Assembly (NCBI GenBank): GCA_003141715.1
Contig: PLNF01000140.1
Coordinates: forward strand, 27,427-91,426
Source of the DNA: Bacteroidales bacterium
GTDB taxonomy: Bacteria > Bacteroidota > Bacteroidia > Bacteroidales > VadinHA17
Direction of reading: 5' to 3'
Length of the DNA: 64,000 bases
The translations under genes and the position numbers were made by a program. Shown here piece after piece: positions 20,133 to 27,748 of the stretch. Position 1 is the first letter of the stretch. Each line of letters opens with the position of its first letter. Under the pieces are notes generated by a model, which saw only the letters and a program-made list of their open reading frames with translations, was not told where the DNA came from and did not search any database.

Positions 20133-21467
20133 CTAATTCAGATCAACGATTAAATCATTATCCTTAGGGGGTAGATCAGTATACAAACCATAAATTATAT
20201 TTGCCAGATCGGGTGAAATTGCAGCAATTGCCTGAATCTCTGTATTTGTCTCAGCCGAAAGAGTCTCATCTCCCCCAAAATGTGTCAGCATAGCCTCAGC
20301 AAAAACAGGAGAAATCTGAGTTGCAACATCTTCAGGCACATTATAAGGTGCGCTCATGAGCATATATTTAGCCTGAATTTCAAACCCATTCAGTGAAAAG
20401 GCTTTTTCATATTCGGGGAAGGGAACCCCATTTAATCCAGGGTAGTTTATGTGTTCAATATGTTCTGTTTTGATATATAGCTTATTATTAACCAGATTTA
20501 TCATTCTGTATGGAGAAGCATAAATCACGGGAGAGCCTGTCTCTATATCAACCAGTGACAGGTTACCAAGAATGCGTTGTGTAGCATCGTTTGCATGGAA
20601 ATGACCCGTAAACATTACTTTTAAGCCTGCCTTCATAAACTCATCGGCCCTGGCACCCCAGTTATCGACAAGATAGTCGGGAAATATTACTGATTCACCC
20701 ATGAAATGCTCGACGATTCCATGATGCATCATTCCAATAACGGTTTTGCCCTTCGCTCTGGCATCAGCGAGCTGTTTCTTTGCCCATTGCATGGTAGCGT
20801 CTTTAATATTCCCGGCCACTACACAGTAAAGCGGTGTATTGTTATAATATTCATTGGCATCAATGGCCAGAATGCGCAGGTCTTTAAAAGGTTCCGAAAC
20901 ATAACTCAATGAGGCGGGATCTTTCGCTATAGCAGTCTTGTAACCATAATCTGCATACAACGATTTAAAGTTGTCTGGTGTGATGGTTGGTACCGGGACA
21001 GTATTATCTCCATTAAATAGTTTTGCGTCAGGATTGTTAATGTCATGGTTCCCTGGTATAACTAGAACCTTAATATGGTTTAAGCTTAAAATCTGTAATT
21101 GTTTTATAATCGATTTGTGGCTTATAAGCTCGCCATCTTTGGTAAGGTCGCCTGAAATTAATACCAGATCAGGCTTTTCAACCAATAACCTGTGTATGAT
21201 CTCATGCAGAATGGCTCCACTTTCAGCCAATAATTTTGGGTCCTGCATAAGGTACATCTGAAATGCACTTCCGTCTTCCTTAAGCAATGATGGGTCCATA
21301 TAGTGCAGGTCAGATAAAACGGCAATTTTCAAGGTGTTAGGACTGAAAATAAAGTTGTTATCATTGGATTTTGGCGCTGGTTGAAAACACAGTTCCTGGT
21401 CCTCTTTGTTACAGGCGACAATGGCGAGTAACATAAAAATGGGAACAAAAATTCTAAATTTTTTCAT
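20133..21467 (-). CDS. Metallophosphoesterase (calcineurin-like) lipoprotein
   Basis: Signal peptide with Cys (LLAIVACNK). Phosphoesterase motifs DLHYMD, GDLTKDGE, GNHD and GHFH. Preceded by regulatory module copy A. Confidence 0.8.
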   Translation of the reverse strand: MKKFRIFVPIFMLLAIVACNKEDQELCFQPAPKSNDNNFIFSPNTLKIAVLSDLHYMDPSLLKEDGSAFQMYLMQDPKLLAESGAILHEIIHRLLVEKPDLVLISGDLTKDGELISHKSIIKQLQILSLNHIKVLVIPGNHDINNPDAKLFNGDNTVPVPTITPDNFKSLYADYGYKTAIAKDPASLSYVSEPFKDLRILAIDANEYYNNTPLYCVVAGNIKDATMQWAKKQLADARAKGKTVIGMMHHGIVEHFMGESVIFPDYLVDNWGARADEFMKAGLKVMFTGHFHANDATQRILGNLSLVDIETGSPVIYASPYRMINLVNNKLYIKTEHIEHINYPGLNGVPFPEYEKAFSLNGFEIQAKYMLMSAPYNVPEDVATQISPVFAEAMLTHFGGDETLSAETNTEIQAIAAISPDLANIIYGLYTDLPPKDNDLIVDLN

Positions 21468-21500
21468 AGGAATAGTTTTTAGTCAGTCTACTCGTATAGC

Positions 21501-21729
21501 TTTTCGACATTCGCTCCCTACTCTTTAAAGGATTTTCAGGTACCTCCTTATATTCCTGCATTTAAGCAGGCAACTTTACATAAGTTAGGGATTTAAGTTA
21601 AAGGGGTAATTCAATAATCGGGCCAATTCATATATCTATGTGACACACAGATGTTTAAAAACAATCAGCATTTTTAGTTGAGTTATTTTTGTAGCGTTTT
21701 GCTACAGTGAGCTGATTCAGAATACTACA
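21501..21729 (-). promoter_or_regulatory. Regulatory module copy A (sigma-54-like -24/-12, TGTAGC dyads, conserved leader)
   Basis: Alignable end to end with 24447-24679. Minus strand reads TTGGCCCGATTATTGAA at 21626-21610. TGTAGCGTTTTGCTACA at 21690-21706. CCTGC-N6-GCAGG at 21555-21570. The conserved leader block 21501-21550 ends 34 nt before start codon 21467. Confidence 0.6.
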
Positions 21730-21784
21730 TTAACACCTGATTGCCGACACATCCAGCATTAATGGATTTACCTTTTAGAGGAAA

Positions 21785-22291
21785 TCATTGGAAATTAATT
21801 AATAAAGTCAATCCAACAGAAACTTCATTATTAAACTTGAAATAGTCATAAGAACCCACGTATGGCAATAACTGAAAGTTAAATGTCGTTTTGACCTGAT
21901 CTCTGAATACCATATTATTCACTTTGGCTACATGAATAGCGTCAAAGAGCGACCAGAGATGAAGTCCCCCCAACACCCAACGCACTGTATTAAGCGATAT
22001 TACGTTGCTAAAAGATCCACTGAAAGGCCTCTTTCTGATTCTATATTTAATAATATTTAAACCAACAAAGCCTCCAAAAAAACCGAAACCTCTGGCTGTT
22101 TCGCCCTCCAGAATCTGACCTAACCCGGGTATAACAAAAGAAGCAAACCCCATAACTCCGGGATTAAAAGGATCCCCATACTGATAATGGTAAGCCTTAA
22201 GATCATACTTCGTTTTATTGATGCTGTATTGGGCATCTGTCATCAGGTTAAGAATAATTAGTCCTGCTATTATCAAAGCTAAAATTTTCAT
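21785..22291 (-). CDS. Hypothetical envelope protein, PGLGQ-motif family (paralog of 22362-23126)
   Basis: ATG 22289-22291 gives the signal-like N-terminus MKILALIIAGLIILNLMTDAQ; the ORF-track TTG 22384 overlaps the upstream gene. Shares GDPFNP...IPGLGQ... and LWSLFDAIHVAKVNNMVFR blocks with the neighbour. Confidence 0.6.
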   Translation of the reverse strand: MKILALIIAGLIILNLMTDAQYSINKTKYDLKAYHYQYGDPFNPGVMGFASFVIPGLGQILEGETARGFGFFGGFVGLNIIKYRIRKRPFSGSFSNVISLNTVRWVLGGLHLWSLFDAIHVAKVNNMVFRDQVKTTFNFQLLPYVGSYDYFKFNNEVSVGLTLLINFQ

Positions 22292-22361
22292 AAACAGAGG
22301 TATCAGACTGTTGACAAATCGAAAATAAATATTCTCATCTGTTAATTCATATCTGCCAAAT

Positions 22362-23126
22362 TTAAAAGGTAACCTTAAAACCAAGAGCTATAGGAATATT
22401 GTGTTTAAGACCATAATCAGGCGTGTTCAGGAAGGGCTTAATATTAAGATTATATGAGGATCTGTGCTTGATTCTCAGGACTAAATTATTGACTTTAGCC
22501 ACGTTTACAGCATCTGCTATGGACCATAGATCGATACATAAAGCGCCAACGAGTCCGGCTTTGAATACCTGAAATGGGTCCACACCATAATTTCCACCGG
22601 CGCTTGACCAATACTTAAATAATCCCTCTGCTGAAACTGCCAGACAACCTGTGAAACCCGTAAGGAATAGTACTCCTCTCCCTGGTTTTCCTGATATCAT
22701 TTGGCCCAGTCCGGGAATTATCAAAGATGCAATACCGGCACTGATTGGATTAAATGGATCACTCTTTTTAAAGGAGTATGCCCTGGTGTCGATTGAGATT
22801 TTCGTAATACCATCAAGCGGAATGCTTATTTCATCGTTATTTATTCTTATTAACGAATCATTTGAGACATATATTTTGAACTTTTCATCTATTGAATAAT
22901 TACCCTTGCCAAAATCTACTTTGCCTGAAATTCTCCCGTTTGAGATTACGGCGTTTTTGACAAAGGTGTAAGTTGATTTTTTCCCGTGAAATGAATAATT
23001 CCCGCCAGAAACGGGCAGATCAGTTTTATTAATAAATTTTGCGCTGTAACAACCTGTTATTTGTAAAAACGTTATGAAGATCACTAATTTACAGCTGATC
23101 TTTAGAAGTTGTGAATGATTTCTCAT
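22362..23126 (-). CDS. Hypothetical lipoprotein, PGLGQ-motif family
   Basis: Lipobox FLQITGC. N-terminal beta-rich domain, then SDPFNPISAGIASLIIPGLGQMISGKPGRG and DLWSIADAVNVAKVNNLVLR. Ends ...ALGFKVTF, an OMP-like aromatic C-terminus. Confidence 0.6.
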   Translation of the reverse strand: MRNHSQLLKISCKLVIFITFLQITGCYSAKFINKTDLPVSGGNYSFHGKKSTYTFVKNAVISNGRISGKVDFGKGNYSIDEKFKIYVSNDSLIRINNDEISIPLDGITKISIDTRAYSFKKSDPFNPISAGIASLIIPGLGQMISGKPGRGVLFLTGFTGCLAVSAEGLFKYWSSAGGNYGVDPFQVFKAGLVGALCIDLWSIADAVNVAKVNNLVLRIKHRSSYNLNIKPFLNTPDYGLKHNIPIALGFKVTF

Positions 23127-23173
23127 TTCAGATGATTTTAAAATAATCCGTACAAAAATTAAGGTATATTGAC

Positions 23174-23653
23174 TCAGAAACTGTAAGTTAAGCTAAATCC
23201 TGAACAATATGATCGTGTATAACTGTTTAAGATTATTGCCGGAGAGATATTCACCGATCCTAACGATGGATAATTTCTACTGATTACTGATTTAATCGTG
23301 CCGATCCGGCCGAGACAAACTATGCTGGCAATTGAACCTGCGATAAATGTTCCTGCACCGATTATCATTCCGACATCATCTACCCCTTCATCACCAAGCA
23401 GTTGTTCAAAGAAAGATGGATCATCGCTCATTCCCGGATGCAGGTACTTGCAAATAAGAAAGATAGCTCCTCCTGTCCCTGCAAATCCGGCAGCAAGCTT
23501 AAGACCGGTTTTTGAATGCACTAATGATTCTTCAAGCTGGCCTCTTGTAAGAAGATTAATATCTGTGACCTGATACCTTTTAACATACCATTGCCCTGAC
23601 GAATTAATAACATAGATTAACAGGAGAAATGCTGATATAAATACTTTTTTCAT
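23174..23653 (-). CDS. Hypothetical secreted/membrane protein
   Basis: Signal peptide MKKVFISAFLLLIYVINSSGQ. Two Gly-rich hydrophobic segments (LAAGFAGTGGAIFLI; MIIGAGTFIAGSIASIVCL). C-terminus ...GFSLTYSF. I recognise no family. Confidence 0.55.
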   Translation of the reverse strand: MKKVFISAFLLLIYVINSSGQWYVKRYQVTDINLLTRGQLEESLVHSKTGLKLAAGFAGTGGAIFLICKYLHPGMSDDPSFFEQLLGDEGVDDVGMIIGAGTFIAGSIASIVCLGRIGTIKSVISRNYPSLGSVNISPAIILNSYTRSYCSGFSLTYSF

Positions 23654-23755
23654 TTGATGCTGTTGTAAGTTATTTATATTTAGAATATTAGAACAAAGTC
23701 AAGAAAGACGCCTTCTTTTTCAAAAACAGGCGCGAGCCCCGGCAAAATGAAGCAT

Positions 23756-24412
23756 CTAGTTGGAACCCAGTAACACCGTGAAACCAAGTTTGAAAGCTAT
23801 CGTTCCCTGGACTGTCCTTTCATCATTCGGATTATTTTCTTTTGCTTTTTCTGATGTCGAATTATAACCAGCCATCATATCGAATGTAACTTTATCACCA
23901 AGTTTTACGGCCAGCCCGGCTCCTCCTCCAAATGACGTGAGACTGTTCTTGTTTGAACTACTGGAATATGGATCTTCATATTTGTTTGTCTCTGATCCAA
24001 ATAGACTACTTATCTCAAAGAAAGGCATAACCTTACTTCCGGAAATGTAATATCGAATAAATGGTCCCAGACCGAAAGAAGTCATAGTGCTTTTCCCGCC
24101 ACTCTTAGGTTTATCTATGGAAGTTCCAATACACAAATTCAAACCCAGAGCCAGATTGTTAAAGAAAAAATATCCAAACTTAGGTAAGAGATTTAAGGTC
24201 GTTACCTTTAGAACGTCAGGATCTACATTAGTTAGTAAGTTTGCTTTGTATTTAATGCTGGAAAATCCCAGGCTCATCAGGTCCGATCCATAATTGATAT
24301 ACCCAAATGATGTTGAAAGACCAATTAGTGATCTGCCTTTGCTTACTTGGGCTTCGGTCACTGATAAAGCAATTAAGCACAAAACCGTAATTAAAATAGT
24401 TACTTTTTTCAT
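23756..24412 (-). CDS. Small outer-membrane beta-barrel protein (OmpW/OMP_b-brl-like)
   Basis: ATG 24410-24412 gives MKKVTILITVLCLIALSVTEAQ. Alternating amphipathic beta-strands with G/S/N/D turns. The ORF-track start at 24460 falls inside the conserved leader block, which is interrupted by an in-frame stop in copy A. Confidence 0.65.
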   Translation of the reverse strand: MKKVTILITVLCLIALSVTEAQVSKGRSLIGLSTSFGYINYGSDLMSLGFSSIKYKANLLTNVDPDVLKVTTLNLLPKFGYFFFNNLALGLNLCIGTSIDKPKSGGKSTMTSFGLGPFIRYYISGSKVMPFFEISSLFGSETNKYEDPYSSSSNKNSLTSFGGGAGLAVKLGDKVTFDMMAGYNSTSEKAKENNPNDERTVQGTIAFKLGFTVLLGSN

Positions 24413-24446
24413 TGTCTGAAATATTGCGTTTTGCTTACTCTTAAGT

Positions 24447-24679
24447 TTTTCAGCATTCACTCCCTACTCTTTAAAGGATTTTCAGGTATCTCCTTAATTG
24501 CCTGCATCCAAGCAGGCAATTTTAATCAGGTTAAAAACATACTATTGATAAAGGAGGAATTCAATAATCGGGCCAATTCATATATTTATATGACATACAG
24601 TCATTTAGAAGCACTGATCATTTTCAATTGAATTGTTTTTGTAGCGTTTTACTACAATTAATTGATTCAGAACGCTACA
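24447..24679 (-). promoter_or_regulatory. Regulatory module copy B (sigma-54-like -24/-12, TGTAGC dyads, conserved leader)
   Basis: Minus strand reads TTGGCCCGATTATTGAA at 24576-24560. TGTAGCGTTTTACTACA at 24640-24656. AACGCTACA at 24671-24679. Perfect ATTGCCTGC-N6-GCAGGCAAT at 24497-24520. The leader block 24447-24496 ends 35 nt before start codon 24412. Confidence 0.6.
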
Positions 24680-24696
24680 ATTATTATCTTTACTAA

Positions 24697-24719
24697 TATT
24701 TGCCTGTTGACAGCAAATA
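24697..24719. promoter_or_regulatory. Near-perfect palindrome TATTTGCCTGT-TG-ACAGCAAATA, 19 nt upstream of the response-regulator ATG
   Basis: Read directly from the sequence. It shares the TTGCCTG half-site with 24497-24520 and 27648-27671. Confidence 0.4.
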
Positions 24720-24737
24720 ATCATTCATATACCTTAT

Positions 24738-26123
24738 ATGAAATCAGACAGATCTGGTAGCGTATTGGTCGTTGACGATGATAATGATGTTTTATATACG
24801 GCACGGCTTGTATTAAGAGGCCTGTTTGGCAAAGTTGATACGCTTGATCGTCCGGGTTTAATACCTGATTACCTGAAAACATGCAAGTATGATGTGATTT
24901 TACTTGACATGAATTATACCCGCGGCTGCACATCAGGCAAAGAAGGATTGGAATGGCTTGAAAAAATACTTAGTATTGATCCCACAGCCTGCGTGTTAAC
25001 CACTACTGCTTACGGTGAAATAAACCTGGCTGTTCAGGCTATGAAAAAAGGTGCAGTCGATTTCATTACAAAACCATGGAACCGGGAACAGCTTGTTACA
25101 TGTGTAAGTAATGTTTTGTCAATGGAACCTGGGGAGAGAAGTGTCAGCAAGGTTAAGGGTAATCACACCAGACCAGTAAATCAGGGGAACAATAAATACC
25201 CTGAAATTATCAGCAGGTCTCCAGTCATGGCTAAAATAATGGAAACCATTAAAACAGTTGCTGCGACAGATGCCAATGTTTTAATCCTCGGGGAAAATGG
25301 AACAGGCAAGGAGCTGGCAGCCTGGGCTTTGCACAGGGAATCATTAAGAAGTCAGAACTCCTTCGTTCACGTTGATCTGGGCTCTATTCCTGAAACTCTT
25401 TTTGAAGCTGAATTATTCGGCCATACACGTGGTGCTTTTACAGATGCAAAGGAAGACCGGGCTGGAAGATTTGAAGTAGCTTCCGGTGGAACATTATTTC
25501 TCGATGAGATAGGAAACCTCAGCATGCCATTACAGGCAAAGATTCTTACTGCGATTCAGAACAGGGAAGTGGTCAGGATAGGAAGTAACCATCCAGTACC
25601 TGTAAATATCAGGCTGATATCAGCCACTAATATGCCTTTGTACGAAATGGCTGATGCGTTCGAATTCAGGCAGGATCTCCTCTATCGTATTAACACAGTT
25701 GAGATAATGCTCCCCCCACTAAGAGAAAGAAGAGAAGATATCAGCCTCCTCGCAGATTATTATCTTGAACTTTTTTCCAGGCAATATGGCAAACAAGGAA
25801 TAAAACTTAAGGAAGATACATTACAGAAACTGAAAGAGTACCACTGGCCGGGAAATATCAGGGAACTTGCGCACACCATTGAAAGAGCGATCATCCTGTG
25901 CAAATGCAGTACCCTAACACCTGATGATTTTATGCTGCGGGTAAAATCTTCACGTGGTCAACTTACTGATGAACCTGCAATCAGTGTTGAAGATTATGAA
26001 AAAAAAGCAATCAGCACAGCTATGAACAAACATAATGGGAACCTTTCGAAAGCAGCGGAAGAAATAGGCATTGCCCGGAGTACCCTGTACCGGAAGATTG
26101 CCCGATTCGGGATAGAAACCTGA
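24738..26123 (+). CDS. Sigma-54-dependent response regulator (NtrC family enhancer-binding protein)
   Basis: REC domain (VLVVDDDNDV...DVILLDMNY), AAA+ sigma-54 interaction domain (Walker A GENGTGKE, GAFTDA variant of the GAFTGA loop, LFLDEIG), C-terminal Fis-type HTH (AAEEIGIARSTLYRKI). Confidence 0.9.
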   Translation: MKSDRSGSVLVVDDDNDVLYTARLVLRGLFGKVDTLDRPGLIPDYLKTCKYDVILLDMNYTRGCTSGKEGLEWLEKILSIDPTACVLTTTAYGEINLAVQAMKKGAVDFITKPWNREQLVTCVSNVLSMEPGERSVSKVKGNHTRPVNQGNNKYPEIISRSPVMAKIMETIKTVAATDANVLILGENGTGKELAAWALHRESLRSQNSFVHVDLGSIPETLFEAELFGHTRGAFTDAKEDRAGRFEVASGGTLFLDEIGNLSMPLQAKILTAIQNREVVRIGSNHPVPVNIRLISATNMPLYEMADAFEFRQDLLYRINTVEIMLPPLRERREDISLLADYYLELFSRQYGKQGIKLKEDTLQKLKEYHWPGNIRELAHTIERAIILCKCSTLTPDDFMLRVKSSRGQLTDEPAISVEDYEKKAISTAMNKHNGNLSKAAEEIGIARSTLYRKIARFGIET

Positions 26124-26202
26124 TCAATGTCCAATAATTAACGGAATTAAACAATACTTTATCCGGATAGATTGTCAGTAAAAAATTAAAGAAACATTAA
26201 GT

Positions 26203-27618
26203 ATGCAAAAACTCTGGAATTATATTTCAAACCTTGGAACGACCGGAGAAGATAAACAGTTGAATAACAGAACCATTGTTCTTAGTAATCAGCTCAATTT
26301 TGTGATGTTCTTCTCTATGTTTTTATTGCTACTAACAACTATTGTTACTCTTCTGCTAACAAATGATACTATTTATTATGGAACACTACGGGTGGCGATC
26401 CTTCTGATTGTTACCTTTTTGAACATGCTACTTGCACGATATGGTTTTATTCAACTTAGCAGGCTCTCTCTTATCTATCTGCCTCCAATAGTATTCCTGC
26501 TTGGCCCGACATTGATAGGATATGTAGAGGAGGAAAGTTATACTTATTACCCTTACGTCTTGATTTGTGTCTCGATAATCCCACAACTTTTACTACATCC
26601 AAAGAATGAAAAACTTCTCTATTGGTTTTCTCTGGCTTATTATTTTGTTTTAGTCATATTCATTGACAAAATAATGGTTAAGTTTGGAACAACCAGTTTC
26701 CCGATTGTCGACAGGATTAATACTTTTTATCCTTTCTACAAAATTGCGCAAATAGGACTTTTCATGTTTATAAACGCCAGCATCTATTACCTTCGGATGC
26801 TTAATTTCCATTTTGAGGAGATATTGAACTCTAAGAACAATGAACTTGACCTGCAAAATATAGAGTTGAGAGCTCAGAAAGATGAGATTGAACGGCAAAA
26901 GGATGAACTGGTCAGTAAAGAGATCAATACATGGCAGAAACTGGTAAATATTATATCTCACGAGATAGTGAACTCAGCCATCCCGATTACCAATCTTGCC
27001 GGGATGACTGCTCAAATGCTTGAAGATGAGTCGGGGGTAGTTCAGAAACCCGATAAAATCGGCGAGGAGGTTACCGAAGATATTCACTACAGCTTAAGAA
27101 TTATTGAATCCCGTACGCAGGGATTGATTAATTTTGTAAAGGCTACAAAAAGTCTTACTGATATTCCTAAGCCAAACCTGCGGAAGATTTTCCTGCGTGA
27201 TCTATTCGAACGGGTTTTTATACTTTACAAGGCTAAGTTTAAGGAAACAGGCGTAAAGTTTGAAATGGAAATTATTCCCCCTGCCCTTTTTATTGAGGCC
27301 GACCTGGAACTTATTGAGCAGGTAATCATAAATCTTTTTCAGAATGCACTGGAAGCTATGCTGGAAACTTCAGATCCCGGACTTTCAATAATTGCGAGAA
27401 AAAATGAATCAGGTCATGTACAGATATCAATTTCTGATAATGGTAAAGGCATTAGTGATGAAGTACTCGAACGGATATTCCTCCCTTTTTATTCTACAAA
27501 AGCTAATAACTCGGGAATCGGCTTGAGTCTGTCACAACAGATAATGATGCTGCATCATGCCCGTCTCGAAGTAAGTTCCACTATAAATAAGGGTGCAACT
27601 TTTATAATGATATTCTAA
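26203..27618 (+). CDS. Membrane sensor histidine kinase
   Basis: About 6 N-terminal TM helices, a coiled-coil, the H-box IISHEIVNSAIPITNL, and an HATPase_c domain (NLFQNALEA, SDNGKGI, GIGLSLSQQI). Confidence 0.85.
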   Translation: MQKLWNYISNLGTTGEDKQLNNRTIVLSNQLNFVMFFSMFLLLLTTIVTLLLTNDTIYYGTLRVAILLIVTFLNMLLARYGFIQLSRLSLIYLPPIVFLLGPTLIGYVEEESYTYYPYVLICVSIIPQLLLHPKNEKLLYWFSLAYYFVLVIFIDKIMVKFGTTSFPIVDRINTFYPFYKIAQIGLFMFINASIYYLRMLNFHFEEILNSKNNELDLQNIELRAQKDEIERQKDELVSKEINTWQKLVNIISHEIVNSAIPITNLAGMTAQMLEDESGVVQKPDKIGEEVTEDIHYSLRIIESRTQGLINFVKATKSLTDIPKPNLRKIFLRDLFERVFILYKAKFKETGVKFEMEIIPPALFIEADLELIEQVIINLFQNALEAMLETSDPGLSIIARKNESGHVQISISDNGKGISDEVLERIFLPFYSTKANNSGIGLSLSQQIMMLHHARLEVSSTINKGATFIMIF

Positions 27619-27647
27619 TATCCAATGAATCCAACACTTTATGCAGC

Positions 27648-27671
27648 CTATTTTGCCTGGCAGGCAAATAG
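27648..27671 (+). terminator. Palindrome CTATTTTGCCTG-G-CAGGCAAATAG after the kinase stop (candidate terminator or protein-binding dyad)
   Basis: 11-bp arms with a 1-nt centre, 30 nt after the stop at 27618, followed by TTGATTTTC. The half-site is shared with 24697-24719 and 24497-24520. Confidence 0.4.
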
Positions 27672-27748
27672 TTGATTTTCACTTGAAATATGATATTTAT
27701 TATAGTTGTCGATGGACATATTAGATTTTTGGTACTTTTGCCGACCAG

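Noticed and set aside
24413-24460. N-terminal extension of the OMP gene to the GTG at 24460, and short uORFs starting at the conserved GAATG in both module copies
   Set aside because: The equivalent frame in copy A hits a stop (GCG AAT GTC GAA AAG CTA TAC GAG TAG). The two possible uORF peptides (MSKSYTSRL... versus MLKNLRVSK...) are unrelated, so the conservation is at nucleotide level.
24707-24733. TTGACA ... TATACC as an E. coli-type sigma-70 promoter for the response regulator
   Set aside because: The spacer is about 15 bp, which is short. The hexamers are not the Bacteroidota TTTG/TAnnTTTG type, and the TTGACA lies inside the palindrome. This is not sufficient evidence.
24431-24933. ORFs 24431-24631 (+) and 24721-24933 (-)
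   Set aside because: The first lies inside regulatory module B, which is non-coding in copy A. The second is antisense to the well-supported response-regulator gene.
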